Below, one piece after another: positions 42,807-53,123 of a stretch of DNA of 64,000 nt (its first letter is position 1; every line of letters begins with the position of its first letter). The position numbers and the translations under genes were made by a program. The notes beneath the pieces were generated by a model. It was not told the origin of the DNA. It did no database searches and saw only the letters and a list, made by a program, of their open reading frames with translations. Source of the stretch: Longimicrobiales bacterium (GTDB lineage Bacteria > Gemmatimonadota > Gemmatimonadetes > Longimicrobiales > Gaopeijiaceae); assembly GCA_965202805.1 (NCBI GenBank), contig OZ241869.1:576001-640000 (forward strand). Direction: 5' to 3'.

Positions 42807-43873
42807 AGATTCCGGTCAGGAACATCTATTATCTCCTCTGCTACGCCTGGGGCTACGTAAGGGAGGGGGAGACGGTCGATGTCGGATCCGAGCAGTTCGG
42901 CGGGCTGGTCGACTTGTTCGCCAAGGTGCTGAACGAAGGCGTCGCGCGGGTCGTTTCCCGCGGTCTCGACCGGGACTACCTCGCCGTCCAAGAGGACATC
43001 CGGGGCCTAAAGGGCAAGCTCGATCTCGCGACCACGGTAAAGCGGAACCTGTTGCTGAACGGCAAGACACACTGCGCCTTCGATGAATTGAGCTACGACG
43101 TGCCGCAGAATCGGATTCTCAAGGCGACCCTGCGCCAACTGACCTTTGTCACCGGTCTCGATCCGCGCGAGCGCCGCCGGGCCGAACGCCTTTACCGGAA
43201 GCTGGACGCGGTCTCCGATGTCCGTGTGACCGCGAGTCTCTTCCGCACCGTCCAGATCCACCGCAACAACCGGTTCTACAGCTTTCTCCTGCACCTCTGC
43301 CGCATCATCCACGAGAATCTCCTGGTGAACGAAGAGGAGGGTACGGCGCAGTTCCGCGATTTCCGCGAGGACGAGCACCAGATGGGACTGCTCTTCGAAC
43401 AGTTCGTGAAGACGTTCTGCGAACGGGAGACGGACTACAGGGTGAGTGCGCCCAGGATCGACTGGTTCGGGGCGGAGAGAAGCGAGACGGACCTCCGGCA
43501 TCTTCCGGGCATGCAGACCGACATCGTGCTGCGGTCGCCCGAACACACGATCATCGTCGACACCAAGTTCTACAAGAATCCGCTGGATACGCGGTTCGAT
43601 GGAAGGCGGGTCCATTCGGGCAACCTCTACCAGGTTTTCACGTATGTGACGAACTGGGCCGCGGCGGCCCCTGCGGACGAGCCTGAACCGGAAGGATGGC
43701 TGCTGTACGCGGCGGTCGATGGCGATTTCGACTACCGGTTTGAGCTGATGGGGCGGCGGATCCGGGTGTGCTCGATAGATTTGGCGCAGGAGTGGAGGGG
43801 GATTGAGAGGGACTTGAGAGGGTTGGTGCGCGTGGCGACGGAGCGCTATAGTGGCTCCGCGATGCCCACCTGA
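42803..43873 (+). CDS. mcrC: McrC-family nuclease subunit
   Basis: IPVRNIYYLLCYAW, NRILK, TDIVL..IVDTKFY, NLYQ; GTGA overlap with mcrB. Confidence 0.92.
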   Translation: MKIPVRNIYYLLCYAWGYVREGETVDVGSEQFGGLVDLFAKVLNEGVARVVSRGLDRDYLAVQEDIRGLKGKLDLATTVKRNLLLNGKTHCAFDELSYDVPQNRILKATLRQLTFVTGLDPRERRRAERLYRKLDAVSDVRVTASLFRTVQIHRNNRFYSFLLHLCRIIHENLLVNEEEGTAQFRDFREDEHQMGLLFEQFVKTFCERETDYRVSAPRIDWFGAERSETDLRHLPGMQTDIVLRSPEHTIIVDTKFYKNPLDTRFDGRRVHSGNLYQVFTYVTNWAAAAPADEPEPEGWLLYAAVDGDFDYRFELMGRRIRVCSIDLAQEWRGIERDLRGLVRVATERYSGSAMPT

Positions 43874-43907
43874 TTCCAATGCAGCAAGAAACGCTCCCCG
43901 CACGGAC

Positions 43908-46115
43908 ATGACGACCACTACGGCCACCACCCCGAACCTCAACTGGATCGCCAACTACATCTGGGGCATCGCGGACGATGTCCTCCGCGATGTCTACGTG
44001 CGCGGCAAGTACCGCGACGTCATCCTCCCCATGACCGTCCTTCGCCGCCTCGACGCGGTGCTCGAACCCACCAAGGGGGCCGTCCTCGCCATGAAGGACT
44101 CGCTCGACGACATCGGGGTCGTCGACCAGAAAGCCGCGCTCCGCGAAGCGGCCAGGCAGGCCTTCTACAACACGTCGAAGTTCACCCTGAAGGATCTCCG
44201 GGCCCGGGCCAGCCGGCAGCAACTCAAGGCCGACTTCGAGGACTACCTCGACGGCTTCTCGCCAAGCGTTCAGGACATCCTCGAGAACTTCGAGTTCCGC
44301 AACCAGGTCCCGCGCCTCTCTAGGGCCGACGCCTTGGGCTCGCTGATCGAGAAACTCACCTCGCGCGACATTAACTTGAGCCCAGAGCCGGTCATGAACA
44401 CCGACGGCACGGTCCGGCATCCCGGGCTCGACAACCACGGCATGGGCACGATCTTCGAGGAGTTGATCCGGCGTTTCAACGAGGAGAACAACGAGGAGGC
44501 GGGCGAGCACTTCACGCCGCGCGATGCGGTGAAGCTCATGGCCAACTTGGTGTTCTTGCCCGTAGCGGACCAGATCGAGTCCGGCACTTACCTGCTCTAT
44601 GATGGCGCTTGCGGCACCGGTGGCATGCTTACCGTGGCCGAGGACGTGGTGCAGCAGATCGCGAAGGAGCGGGGCAAGCAGGTGTCCACCCACCTCTTCG
44701 GCCAGGAGATCAATGCCGAGACATACGCCATCTGCAAGGCCGACCTCCTGCTGAAGGGCGAGGGGGAGGCCGCCGACAACATCGTGGGCGGCCCGGAGCA
44801 CTCCACCCTCTCCAACGACGCCTTCCCGACGCGCGAGTTCGACTTCATGCTCTCCAACCCACCGTACGGCAAGAGCTGGAAGACTGACCTGCAGCGCATG
44901 GGCGGCAAGAAGGAGATGCGCGATCACCGGTTCGTGATCGAGCACGCGGACGATCCCGAGTACTCCTTGGTCACCCGCTCCAGCGACGGCCAGATGCTCT
45001 TCCTGGCCAACAAGCTCTCCAAGATGAAGGAGGGGACCAGGCTCGGGAGCCGCATCGCCGAGGTCCACAACGGCAGCTCGCTTTTCACCGGCTCCGCGGG
45101 ACAGGGCGAAAGTAACATCCGCCGCTGGATCATCGAGAACGACTGGCTGGAAGCGATCGTCGCCCTGCCGCTCAACATGTTCTACAACACCGGCATCGCG
45201 ACCTACGTCTGGGTGCTCACGAACCGGAAGCCCGCGCACCGCAGGGGTAAGGTGCAACTGATCGACGCCACGAAGTGGTTCCGTCCGCTGAGGAAGAACC
45301 TGGGGAAGAAGAATTGCGAACTCGGGCCGGAGGACATCGAGAGGATCTGCCGGACGTTCCTCGAATTCGAGGAGACCGAGGAGAGCAGGATCTTCGACAA
45401 CGAGGCGCTCGGGTACTGGAAGGTGACGGTGGAGCGGCCGTTACGGTTGAAGGTGGATCTGTCGGAAGAGCGGCGGGATGTGTTCTTCGACGCGTGTATC
45501 GACGCGGGAGATGTGAAGCTGGGGGATGCGGTGCACACGGTGGGGGAAAGGATGGGTCCCGGGCCGCATTTGGACTACAATCGGTTCCTAGAGATGGTGA
45601 AGGCGGAGATGCCGCGGCCTGGGGGCACGATGACGGCAAAGCGGAAAAGGCTCCTGCTGGATGCGTTGGCGGAGCAGGATGAAGGGGCTGCGCCGGTGGT
45701 CAAGAAGGTTCATCGAAGGGGGACGGCGGTGGACTCCATCCGGGGCCTGTACGAGCTCGGCGATGGCGCCCAGAAGCGGGCCGTCGAGTACGAACCGGAC
45801 TCGGGACTGCGGGACACGGAGCAGATTCCGTTGCAGGAAGAGCGCGGGATTGAGGGGTTCCTGCGGCGTGAAGTGTTGCCGTATTCCGGGGATGCGTGGT
45901 ACGTACCGAAGAGCGTGAAGGTCGGCTACGAGATCAGCTTCAACCGGTACTTCTACAAGCCCGAGCCGATGCGGACGTTGGAGGAGATTCGGGCGGATAT
46001 TTTGGCGGTGCAAAAGGAGGCTGAAGGACTGTTGGGCGGGATCGTCGGGGCTGGAACAGTGCCCGTACATCCATCCAGCCGATCGCCTTCCGGAGGTGAA
46101 TCCAGATGGCCCTAG
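43908..46115 (+). CDS. hsdM: Type I R-M methyltransferase subunit
   Basis: IWGIAD, GEHFTPRD, YDGACGTGGML, NPPYG, FYNTGI. Confidence 0.95.
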   Translation: MTTTTATTPNLNWIANYIWGIADDVLRDVYVRGKYRDVILPMTVLRRLDAVLEPTKGAVLAMKDSLDDIGVVDQKAALREAARQAFYNTSKFTLKDLRARASRQQLKADFEDYLDGFSPSVQDILENFEFRNQVPRLSRADALGSLIEKLTSRDINLSPEPVMNTDGTVRHPGLDNHGMGTIFEELIRRFNEENNEEAGEHFTPRDAVKLMANLVFLPVADQIESGTYLLYDGACGTGGMLTVAEDVVQQIAKERGKQVSTHLFGQEINAETYAICKADLLLKGEGEAADNIVGGPEHSTLSNDAFPTREFDFMLSNPPYGKSWKTDLQRMGGKKEMRDHRFVIEHADDPEYSLVTRSSDGQMLFLANKLSKMKEGTRLGSRIAEVHNGSSLFTGSAGQGESNIRRWIIENDWLEAIVALPLNMFYNTGIATYVWVLTNRKPAHRRGKVQLIDATKWFRPLRKNLGKKNCELGPEDIERICRTFLEFEETEESRIFDNEALGYWKVTVERPLRLKVDLSEERRDVFFDACIDAGDVKLGDAVHTVGERMGPGPHLDYNRFLEMVKAEMPRPGGTMTAKRKRLLLDALAEQDEGAAPVVKKVHRRGTAVDSIRGLYELGDGAQKRAVEYEPDSGLRDTEQIPLQEERGIEGFLRREVLPYSGDAWYVPKSVKVGYEISFNRYFYKPEPMRTLEEIRADILAVQKEAEGLLGGIVGAGTVPVHPSSRSPSGGESRWP

Positions 46116-48697
46116 AAGAGAGGATCGTCGCTTGGAGCAAGGAACGTCCAGCTTGGCAGCGCGATGTCATGCGTAGGACTGCTATCGGCGAACTCCTTTC
46201 CGACAGGGACTACGATCGGTTGGTCGACGACATAGCTGGCCCGACAGCCAGTCCCGAAGTCACCTTCGGATTGGAGCATTTTCCAAGATCGGCATCGGAG
46301 GACCCTTCGGTTCAGGTCCTGTCCATACTAAACACCGCTCATGTAAATGCCCTCTCCTCCGAGCGCCCCCTCACCTTTGCGCCGAATGGCCTGACCATCG
46401 TTTATGGCGACAACGGGAGCGGAAAATCTGGCTATGCACGACTCCTCAAGCGTATCACACGTGCACGGCACCAAGAAGAGGTGTTATCAGACGTTTTTCG
46501 CGACACAGCGAAAGAAAGGCCCACCGCTAGCCTCTCGGTGCGGGTTGGTGACCACGACAAGGTGGTGTCCTGGCCCGAGCCACAGCAACAGGAACTGCAG
46601 CGGGTGCTTTTTTACGACGGAGCATGTCGGGACGCATACGTGGCTGACGAGTCGGATTTTCCATATCGGCCTTCTGCACTCCTAGTCATGGACGGTCTCA
46701 TCCGTGCCTGTGTCGCCGTACGCAGCCGGATCGATTCAAGGCTGTCCAAGAACCTTCGATCAAGGATCCAGCTACCTATCGCTCAAGCCGAGCTGAGGAA
46801 CTCCGAAGCTGGTCAGTTCCTCGAACGACTGTCTGGTAGCACTTCGGTCGACAGACTGGACGGGTTGATCTCTCAGCTTGACGGCATGCCAGAGACCATC
46901 GATGAACTGAAAGCTAGAGAGGACCTCCTCGGAAGTGCTGACAGGAGCTCCGAACGCCGGAGCTTAACGCACCAAGCCGAAAGATTGCGTGCTCTCCACA
47001 GGCATATCAAAGGGTTACAATCGTCAATTTATGGTGATTCGATCGCCTCGTTACAAAATAGTCTCGACGAGTTGAATGCCCTCCAACAGGCGGCAAACGC
47101 TACCGCAGGAAAATTCAAATCGGAACCTCTGCGTGGCGTAGGGAGCATGGCTTGGAAGGCACTTTGGAACTCCGCGAGACGCTTTTCGCGAGAATACGCC
47201 TACCCCAATCGCCCGTTTCCCATGGTCGAAGACGAGAGCCGATGCGTTTTGTGTCAGCAAACACTCGACTCAGCGGGCCGCGATCGGTTGTCTTCATTTG
47301 AGACCTTTGTCAAAGAAGACACGCAAAAGCACCTGGATAGAAGTCGGCGGCAGCACGATGCGCAGGTGAATAGACTGAAGGAGCTAGACATTTCACCAAA
47401 GTACATTGTCCAATACTTGCGCGACCTCCACCCGACCCATCCCGATCTCGTCGCGCGGTGCCAAGCACTGATCAACGCCTACAGCAACGTGGTAGATCGG
47501 ACGGTCGTCGCGCTTGCTGGAGCGGGAGAATTTCCGCGTGTTGATATTGATTCGAGTGCCGTTCTGGATGAAATCGCCGGCGCCACGCGGAGAACCAGAG
47601 AGCTTTCCGCTAGTCTTGACGACCCAATTCTTGTGCAACAACAACTTGCACAGGTTGCTGCACGACGAGGTAAGATCGAGTTGCTGCTGGAGATCAAGAA
47701 GTCGCGTGAAGCTATTCTCCGTGAGATCCGACGTTTGAGGGAAAGAGAAGCTCTAGAGGCCGCTAAGTCTGCTGCGGCGACGGGACCTATTACGAAGAAG
47801 GTGAAGGAACTCTCGGAAGCGAGCATCACCGACGTCATCCGCGATGCGTTCACGCGGGAAACGCAACGTCTCCGACTGGAACGTGTGACCATGTCCCGAA
47901 CGCGCGGGAAGAGAGGGGCGCTGCTGCATCGGCCCAGGCTAGTGGGAGCGCGACAAGATGTGAAGCTGCCGCGTGTCTTCAGCGAAGGCGAGCGAACAGC
48001 GCTGGGCCTAGCGGCCTTCTTTACTGAGGCCCGTTTGGATACCTCGAGGTCTGGCTTGATTCTAGACGATCCTGTAACCTCGCTTGACCATGTTCGTCGT
48101 GAGCTCGTGGCCTCGAGAATGGCGGAATTCGCCGAGGATCGGCAAGTCATCGTGTTCACACACGATGTGGCTTTCGTTGGGGACCTAAAGCGAGAGGCGA
48201 AGGGGCGCAGCGTCTCAGTTGCGGAACGGTCCGTGGTTCGAAGTCGCGCAGAGGAGAGAAAGCCCGGTGCTTGCACCACTGACCACCCCTGGAAGGCGAA
48301 AGAAGTAGGAGCACGCCTCGACGAACTGCGCCGTGATCTGGCGCGGATACGTAGAGAAAGCCAAGAATTGGATGAGAGGTCCTACGAGGATGCTGTGGGC
48401 GTCTGGGCTGGGAAGCTATCGGAGACGTGGGAGAGCGTCTTTCGGCAGGAGATCGTCGGAGCGATTCTGGCGGAGGGCGGGCTCGAAGTCCGCCCGATGA
48501 TGGTGAAAGCCATAGCTCGGTTTTCCGATACAGACCATAAAGAATTTCAAGCCAGCTACAGCCGTGTGTCGAAGTGGGCGAAGCGTCACGATAAGAGCGC
48601 AATGGTCAACTATGTCCCGCCCGAGGTTAACGAGCTGGAGCGGGAACTCGAGGGTGTGACGACCTGGTTCAAACGGGTGAGGGGTTACAAGAAGTGA
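46106..48697 (+). CDS. SMC/Rad50-type ABC ATPase with zinc hook (RloC-like architecture)
   Basis: Walker A GDNGSGKS, CVLCQQ hook, signature FSEGE, Walker B LDDPVTSLD, H-loop FTHD, extra C-terminal domain. Confidence 0.85.
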   Translation: MALEERIVAWSKERPAWQRDVMRRTAIGELLSDRDYDRLVDDIAGPTASPEVTFGLEHFPRSASEDPSVQVLSILNTAHVNALSSERPLTFAPNGLTIVYGDNGSGKSGYARLLKRITRARHQEEVLSDVFRDTAKERPTASLSVRVGDHDKVVSWPEPQQQELQRVLFYDGACRDAYVADESDFPYRPSALLVMDGLIRACVAVRSRIDSRLSKNLRSRIQLPIAQAELRNSEAGQFLERLSGSTSVDRLDGLISQLDGMPETIDELKAREDLLGSADRSSERRSLTHQAERLRALHRHIKGLQSSIYGDSIASLQNSLDELNALQQAANATAGKFKSEPLRGVGSMAWKALWNSARRFSREYAYPNRPFPMVEDESRCVLCQQTLDSAGRDRLSSFETFVKEDTQKHLDRSRRQHDAQVNRLKELDISPKYIVQYLRDLHPTHPDLVARCQALINAYSNVVDRTVVALAGAGEFPRVDIDSSAVLDEIAGATRRTRELSASLDDPILVQQQLAQVAARRGKIELLLEIKKSREAILREIRRLREREALEAAKSAAATGPITKKVKELSEASITDVIRDAFTRETQRLRLERVTMSRTRGKRGALLHRPRLVGARQDVKLPRVFSEGERTALGLAAFFTEARLDTSRSGLILDDPVTSLDHVRRELVASRMAEFAEDRQVIVFTHDVAFVGDLKREAKGRSVSVAERSVVRSRAEERKPGACTTDHPWKAKEVGARLDELRRDLARIRRESQELDERSYEDAVGVWAGKLSETWESVFRQEIVGAILAEGGLEVRPMMVKAIARFSDTDHKEFQASYSRVSKWAKRHDKSAMVNYVPPEVNELERELEGVTTWFKRVRGYKK

Positions 48698-50049
48698 CCG
48701 AGGGTCTTGGACGATGCCACCACTCAAGGACGGGATGTGGTGTGCCTTGGGCAGGCGAGGTGCCTCGTCGCTGGCAAACGGTTCGGGCCAAGTGGCTGTT
48801 CACCAAGATGGATCGACCTGTTAGGCCGGGTGACGAGGTCGTGACCTGCTTTCGCGATGGCACCGTGACTCTTCGCAAGAACCGGCGAGAAACGGGCTAC
48901 ACGGAGTCTTTGAAGGAGATCGGCTATCAGGGAGTCCGCAGTGGTGACTTGGTCATCCATACAATGGATGCCTTTGCCGGTGCCTGTGGCGTTTCCGATT
49001 CCGACGGGAAGAGTACGCCCGTGTATTCGGTGTGTGTCCCTAGGGATGGGGCGACGAACTCTCATTACTACGCATATTGCGTTCGCGAGATGGCTAGGAA
49101 CCAATGGGTCTTGGCTCTTTCACGAGGCGTACGAGAGCGATCGACGGACTTCCGCTTCGCTGCCTTCGGGGACCAACTGGTTCCCGCGCCGTCCAGTTCG
49201 GAACAATCGGCCATCGTCCGCTTCCTAGGCCACGCGGAGCGGCGCATTCTACGCTATATACGCGCCAAGGAAAGGCTGATCGAGCTGCTAGAAGACCAGA
49301 AGCAGGCCATCATTCACCAGTCCGTCACTGGCCAGATCGATGTCCGAACCGGCCAGCCCTATCCGGCTTACAAGGAATCCGGGGTGGAGTGGTTGAGGGA
49401 GGTGCCGGAGCATTGGGAGCTATCTCGGGTCAAGGGCGAATTTGAATGCCTCAACCGGCATCGAGTACCGCTGAGCAGCGTCGAGCGGGGCAAGATGGTC
49501 TCGCGCCGGTATGACTACTACGGGGCGTCAGGCATCATCGATAAGGTCGATGACTATCTATTTGATGATGAGCTGCTATTGATAGCGGAGGATGGCGCGA
49601 ATCTGGTGTTGCGGAACTTGCCGTTAGCGATCATTGCTACGGGAAGGTTCTGGGTGAACAACCATGCTCACATTCTCAAACCAAGACGCGGGAATATTCA
49701 ATTCCTCGCATGGGTAATGGAGAGCCTGAGTTACTTGCCGTGGATCTCAGGAGCGACACAACCTAAACTCACTCAGGATCGCCTCATGGGGATCGCCATT
49801 GCGGTTCCTCCGCGTGGCGAGCAGGATGAGATGATCGTATTGTTGAAGGATCGGACCATCGAGCTGACCTCTGCTGTCACTCGGGTGAATCAAGAAATCG
49901 ACCTCCTCCGCGAATACCGCACCCGCCTCATCGCCGACGTCGTCACCGGCAAGCTTGACGTCCGCGAGGCCGCGGCCTCCCTCCCAGACACCGACCCTCT
50001 TACAACAGACGGCCTGAGCGACAACTCCGAGACACAAGCCACAACCTAG
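48694..50049 (+). CDS. hsdS: Type I R-M specificity subunit
   Basis: Two TRDs; SGVEWLREVPEHW, EQ..IV, PPxxEQ, YRTRLIADVVTGK. Confidence 0.92.
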   Translation: MTEGLGRCHHSRTGCGVPWAGEVPRRWQTVRAKWLFTKMDRPVRPGDEVVTCFRDGTVTLRKNRRETGYTESLKEIGYQGVRSGDLVIHTMDAFAGACGVSDSDGKSTPVYSVCVPRDGATNSHYYAYCVREMARNQWVLALSRGVRERSTDFRFAAFGDQLVPAPSSSEQSAIVRFLGHAERRILRYIRAKERLIELLEDQKQAIIHQSVTGQIDVRTGQPYPAYKESGVEWLREVPEHWELSRVKGEFECLNRHRVPLSSVERGKMVSRRYDYYGASGIIDKVDDYLFDDELLLIAEDGANLVLRNLPLAIIATGRFWVNNHAHILKPRRGNIQFLAWVMESLSYLPWISGATQPKLTQDRLMGIAIAVPPRGEQDEMIVLLKDRTIELTSAVTRVNQEIDLLREYRTRLIADVVTGKLDVREAAASLPDTDPLTTDGLSDNSETQATT

Positions 50050-50086
50050 GGCGATATTCCAACCCCCGCCTACCCCCACCCCATCC

Positions 50087-53000
50087 ATGACCACCGACAT
50101 CACCGACCTCACCGAACGCGGCCTCGAGCGCCTCATCTGCAAGGCCCTCACGGGCGACCCCTGCGATCCCCATGCAGGCGGCACCGTCGGCGAACCGCCG
50201 CCCGGCTACGGCGGCGTCGGTTGGTCCCCCGGCAACCATCACGACTACAACCGCGAGTACTGCGTAGACCTCATCCAACTCCGCGCCTTCCTCCACGCCA
50301 CGCAGCCCGACACCGCCCCCGCTCTCCGCCTCGACGAGGATGGCCATACCCGCCGCAAATTCCTCACCCGCCTCCAGGGCGAGATCGCCAAACGCGGTAC
50401 CATCGATGTCCTCCGGAACGGCATCAGGCACGGCCCCCACGAACTCGACCTCTTCTATGGCACGCCTTCCGCTCAGAACGAGACTGCTCAGCGGCGCTTC
50501 CGGCAGAACCAGTTCAGCGTCACCCGCCAACTCCGGTACAGCCGGGACGACGCTCAGCGATCGCTCGACATCGGGCTCTTCATCAACGGGCTACCCGTCT
50601 TCACCTTCGAGCTCAAGAACAGCCTGACGAAGCAGACCTTCAACGACGCAATCCTCCAGTACAAACGGGACCGCAACCCGCGCGAGCCCCTCTTCCAGTT
50701 CGGGCGCTGCGTGGCGCACTTCGCGGTCGACGAGAACGAGGTGCACTTCTGCACCCACCTCCGCGGGAAGGCGTCGTGGTTCCTGCCCTTCAACCGGGGC
50801 TGGCAGCATGGGGCCGGCAATCCGCCCAACCCGAACGGCCTCCGGTCGGAGTATCTTTGGCGGGAAGTCCTCACCCGGGAGAGCGTGTCCAACATCCTGG
50901 AGAACTATGCGCAGGTGTTGGCGTCGAAGAACGCGAAGACTGGCAAGAAGAAGAGGGTCCAGATTTGGCCGCGGTATCAGCAGCTGGACGTAGTGCGCCG
51001 GCTCCTGGAGGACGCCCGTAGTCACGGGGCGGGGAAGCGGTATCTGATCCAGCACTCAGCCGGGAGCGGGAAGAGCTTCTCGATCGCGTGGCTGGCCCAT
51101 CAACTGATCCCGCTTGAAAGGGACAGTGACCCCGTCTTCGACTCGATCATCGTCGTCACCGACCGCCGCATCCTGGACAAGCAGATCCGCGACACGATCC
51201 GGCAGTACGCTCAGGTGGGGTCGACGGTCGGGCACGCCGAGCGGTCGGGCGACCTGCGGCGGTTCATCACGCAGGGCAAGAAGATCATCATCTCGACAAT
51301 CCAGAAGTTCCCCTTCATCCTCGACGAGATCGGCAACGAGCAGCGGGGACGGACCTTCGCGATCATCATCGACGAGGCGCATTCGAGCCAGGGCGGGAAA
51401 GCCAGCGCAGCAGTGGCGAGCGCGCTGGGCGAGGCGGGCGAAGTGGCGGAGGACGAGACCTACGAGGACCAGATCAACCGCCTGATGGAGTCGCGCAGGC
51501 TACTGCCCAACGCCAGCTACTACGCCTTCACGGCCACCCCGAAGAACAAGACGCTGGAGATATTCGGCGATCCGGATCCGCAGAGCGACGGCACGGTCCG
51601 CCATCTTCCGTTCCACAACTACAGCATGAAGCAAGCGATCCAGGAGGGGTTCATCCTAGACGTGCTCAAGCACTACACGCCGGTCAAGAGCTACTACAAA
51701 CTCGCCAAGACGGTGGAGGGCGACCCCGAGTTCGACGTCTTGAAGGCACGCAAGAAGCTCCGACGCTACGTCGAGGGGCACGGGCACGCGATCCGGCTCA
51801 AGGCCGAGATCATGGTCGATCACTTCCACGACCAGGTCATCGCCCAGCGCAAGATCGACGGCATGGCGCGGGCGATGGTGGTCACCAACGGGATCAGGCG
51901 CGCGATCCAGTACTACCATGCCATCCGCGACTACCTGAAGGAGCGCAAGAGCCCCTACCAGGCGATCGTCGCATTTTCGGGGGAGAAGGATTACCGCGGG
52001 GAGATGGTGACCGAGGGCAGCGTGAACGGCTTTCGGTCGGCCGAGATCGCCGAGAAATTCCAGCAGGATCCTTACCGCTTCCTCGTTTGTTCCGACAAGT
52101 TCCAGACCGGCTACGACGAACCCCTCCTCCACACCTTGTACGTCGACAAGCCCCTGTCAGGAGTCAAGGCGGTCCAGGCCCTGTCGCGGCTCAACCGGGC
52201 GCACCCCAAGAAGCACGATGTCTTCGTGCTGGATTTCTTGAACGACACGGACACCATCACCGAAGCGTTCTCGAGCTACTACCGCACCACGATCCTGGCC
52301 GACGAAACCGATCCCAACAAGCTTCACGATCTCCAAGCCGACCTGGACGGTGCGCAGGTGTACTCGCCCGATCAGGTCAGTGAGTTCGTCAAGCGGTACC
52401 TGGCCGGCGTGGATCGCGACCAGCTCGATCCCATCCTCGACCGGTGCGTGGAGGTCTACATCAAGGAGCTTGACGAAGACAAACAAGTCGCGTTCAAGAG
52501 CGGAGCCAAGGCATTCGTGCGCACCTACGCGTTCCTCTCCTCGATCCTCCCCTACAACAACCAGGGCTGGGAGGAGCGCTCGATCTTTCTGAACTTCCTG
52601 ATCCCGAAGCTGCCATCGCCGATAGAGGATGATCTGTCGAAGGGCATCCTTGCGACGATCGACATGGACAGCTATCGGGTCGAGAAGCGCGCGATGCAGA
52701 AGATCATCCTGGCGGACGAGGACATGGAGATCGGTCCCGTACCGACCGGCCAGCCTGGAGGCATGCGCGAGGTCGAGATTGACCCTCTTTCGGTGATCAT
52801 CGCGGAGTTCAACGACCGCTTCGGGGGCATCGACTGGCAGGATGCCGACAGGGTCCACCAGATGATCACGGAGACAATCCCCGCCATGGTGGCGGAGGAC
52901 ACCGCGTTCAAGAACGCGCGGAAGAACTCGGACCGCGAGAACGCCCGGATCGAGCATGACAGGGCGCTCGGCCGGGTGATGATGGGCATCATGAAGGACG

Positions 53001-53095
53001 ACACGGAGCTCTTCCGCCAGTTCATGGATAACCCGGACTTCAAGCGGTGGCTGGGGGGTGTGGTGTTTGAGGTGGCGTATGAGGGGCGGGGGTGA
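50087..53095 (+). CDS. hsdR: Type I R-M restriction subunit
   Basis: LDIGLFINGLP..ELKN, HSAGSGKS, DEAH, FTATP, FQTGYDEP, SRLNR. Confidence 0.95.
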   Translation: MTTDITDLTERGLERLICKALTGDPCDPHAGGTVGEPPPGYGGVGWSPGNHHDYNREYCVDLIQLRAFLHATQPDTAPALRLDEDGHTRRKFLTRLQGEIAKRGTIDVLRNGIRHGPHELDLFYGTPSAQNETAQRRFRQNQFSVTRQLRYSRDDAQRSLDIGLFINGLPVFTFELKNSLTKQTFNDAILQYKRDRNPREPLFQFGRCVAHFAVDENEVHFCTHLRGKASWFLPFNRGWQHGAGNPPNPNGLRSEYLWREVLTRESVSNILENYAQVLASKNAKTGKKKRVQIWPRYQQLDVVRRLLEDARSHGAGKRYLIQHSAGSGKSFSIAWLAHQLIPLERDSDPVFDSIIVVTDRRILDKQIRDTIRQYAQVGSTVGHAERSGDLRRFITQGKKIIISTIQKFPFILDEIGNEQRGRTFAIIIDEAHSSQGGKASAAVASALGEAGEVAEDETYEDQINRLMESRRLLPNASYYAFTATPKNKTLEIFGDPDPQSDGTVRHLPFHNYSMKQAIQEGFILDVLKHYTPVKSYYKLAKTVEGDPEFDVLKARKKLRRYVEGHGHAIRLKAEIMVDHFHDQVIAQRKIDGMARAMVVTNGIRRAIQYYHAIRDYLKERKSPYQAIVAFSGEKDYRGEMVTEGSVNGFRSAEIAEKFQQDPYRFLVCSDKFQTGYDEPLLHTLYVDKPLSGVKAVQALSRLNRAHPKKHDVFVLDFLNDTDTITEAFSSYYRTTILADETDPNKLHDLQADLDGAQVYSPDQVSEFVKRYLAGVDRDQLDPILDRCVEVYIKELDEDKQVAFKSGAKAFVRTYAFLSSILPYNNQGWEERSIFLNFLIPKLPSPIEDDLSKGILATIDMDSYRVEKRAMQKIILADEDMEIGPVPTGQPGGMREVEIDPLSVIIAEFNDRFGGIDWQDADRVHQMITETIPAMVAEDTAFKNARKNSDRENARIEHDRALGRVMMGIMKDDTELFRQFMDNPDFKRWLGGVVFEVAYEGRG

Positions 53096-53123
53096 ATGAG
53101 TTCCAGGACTAATCGCCAGAGAC

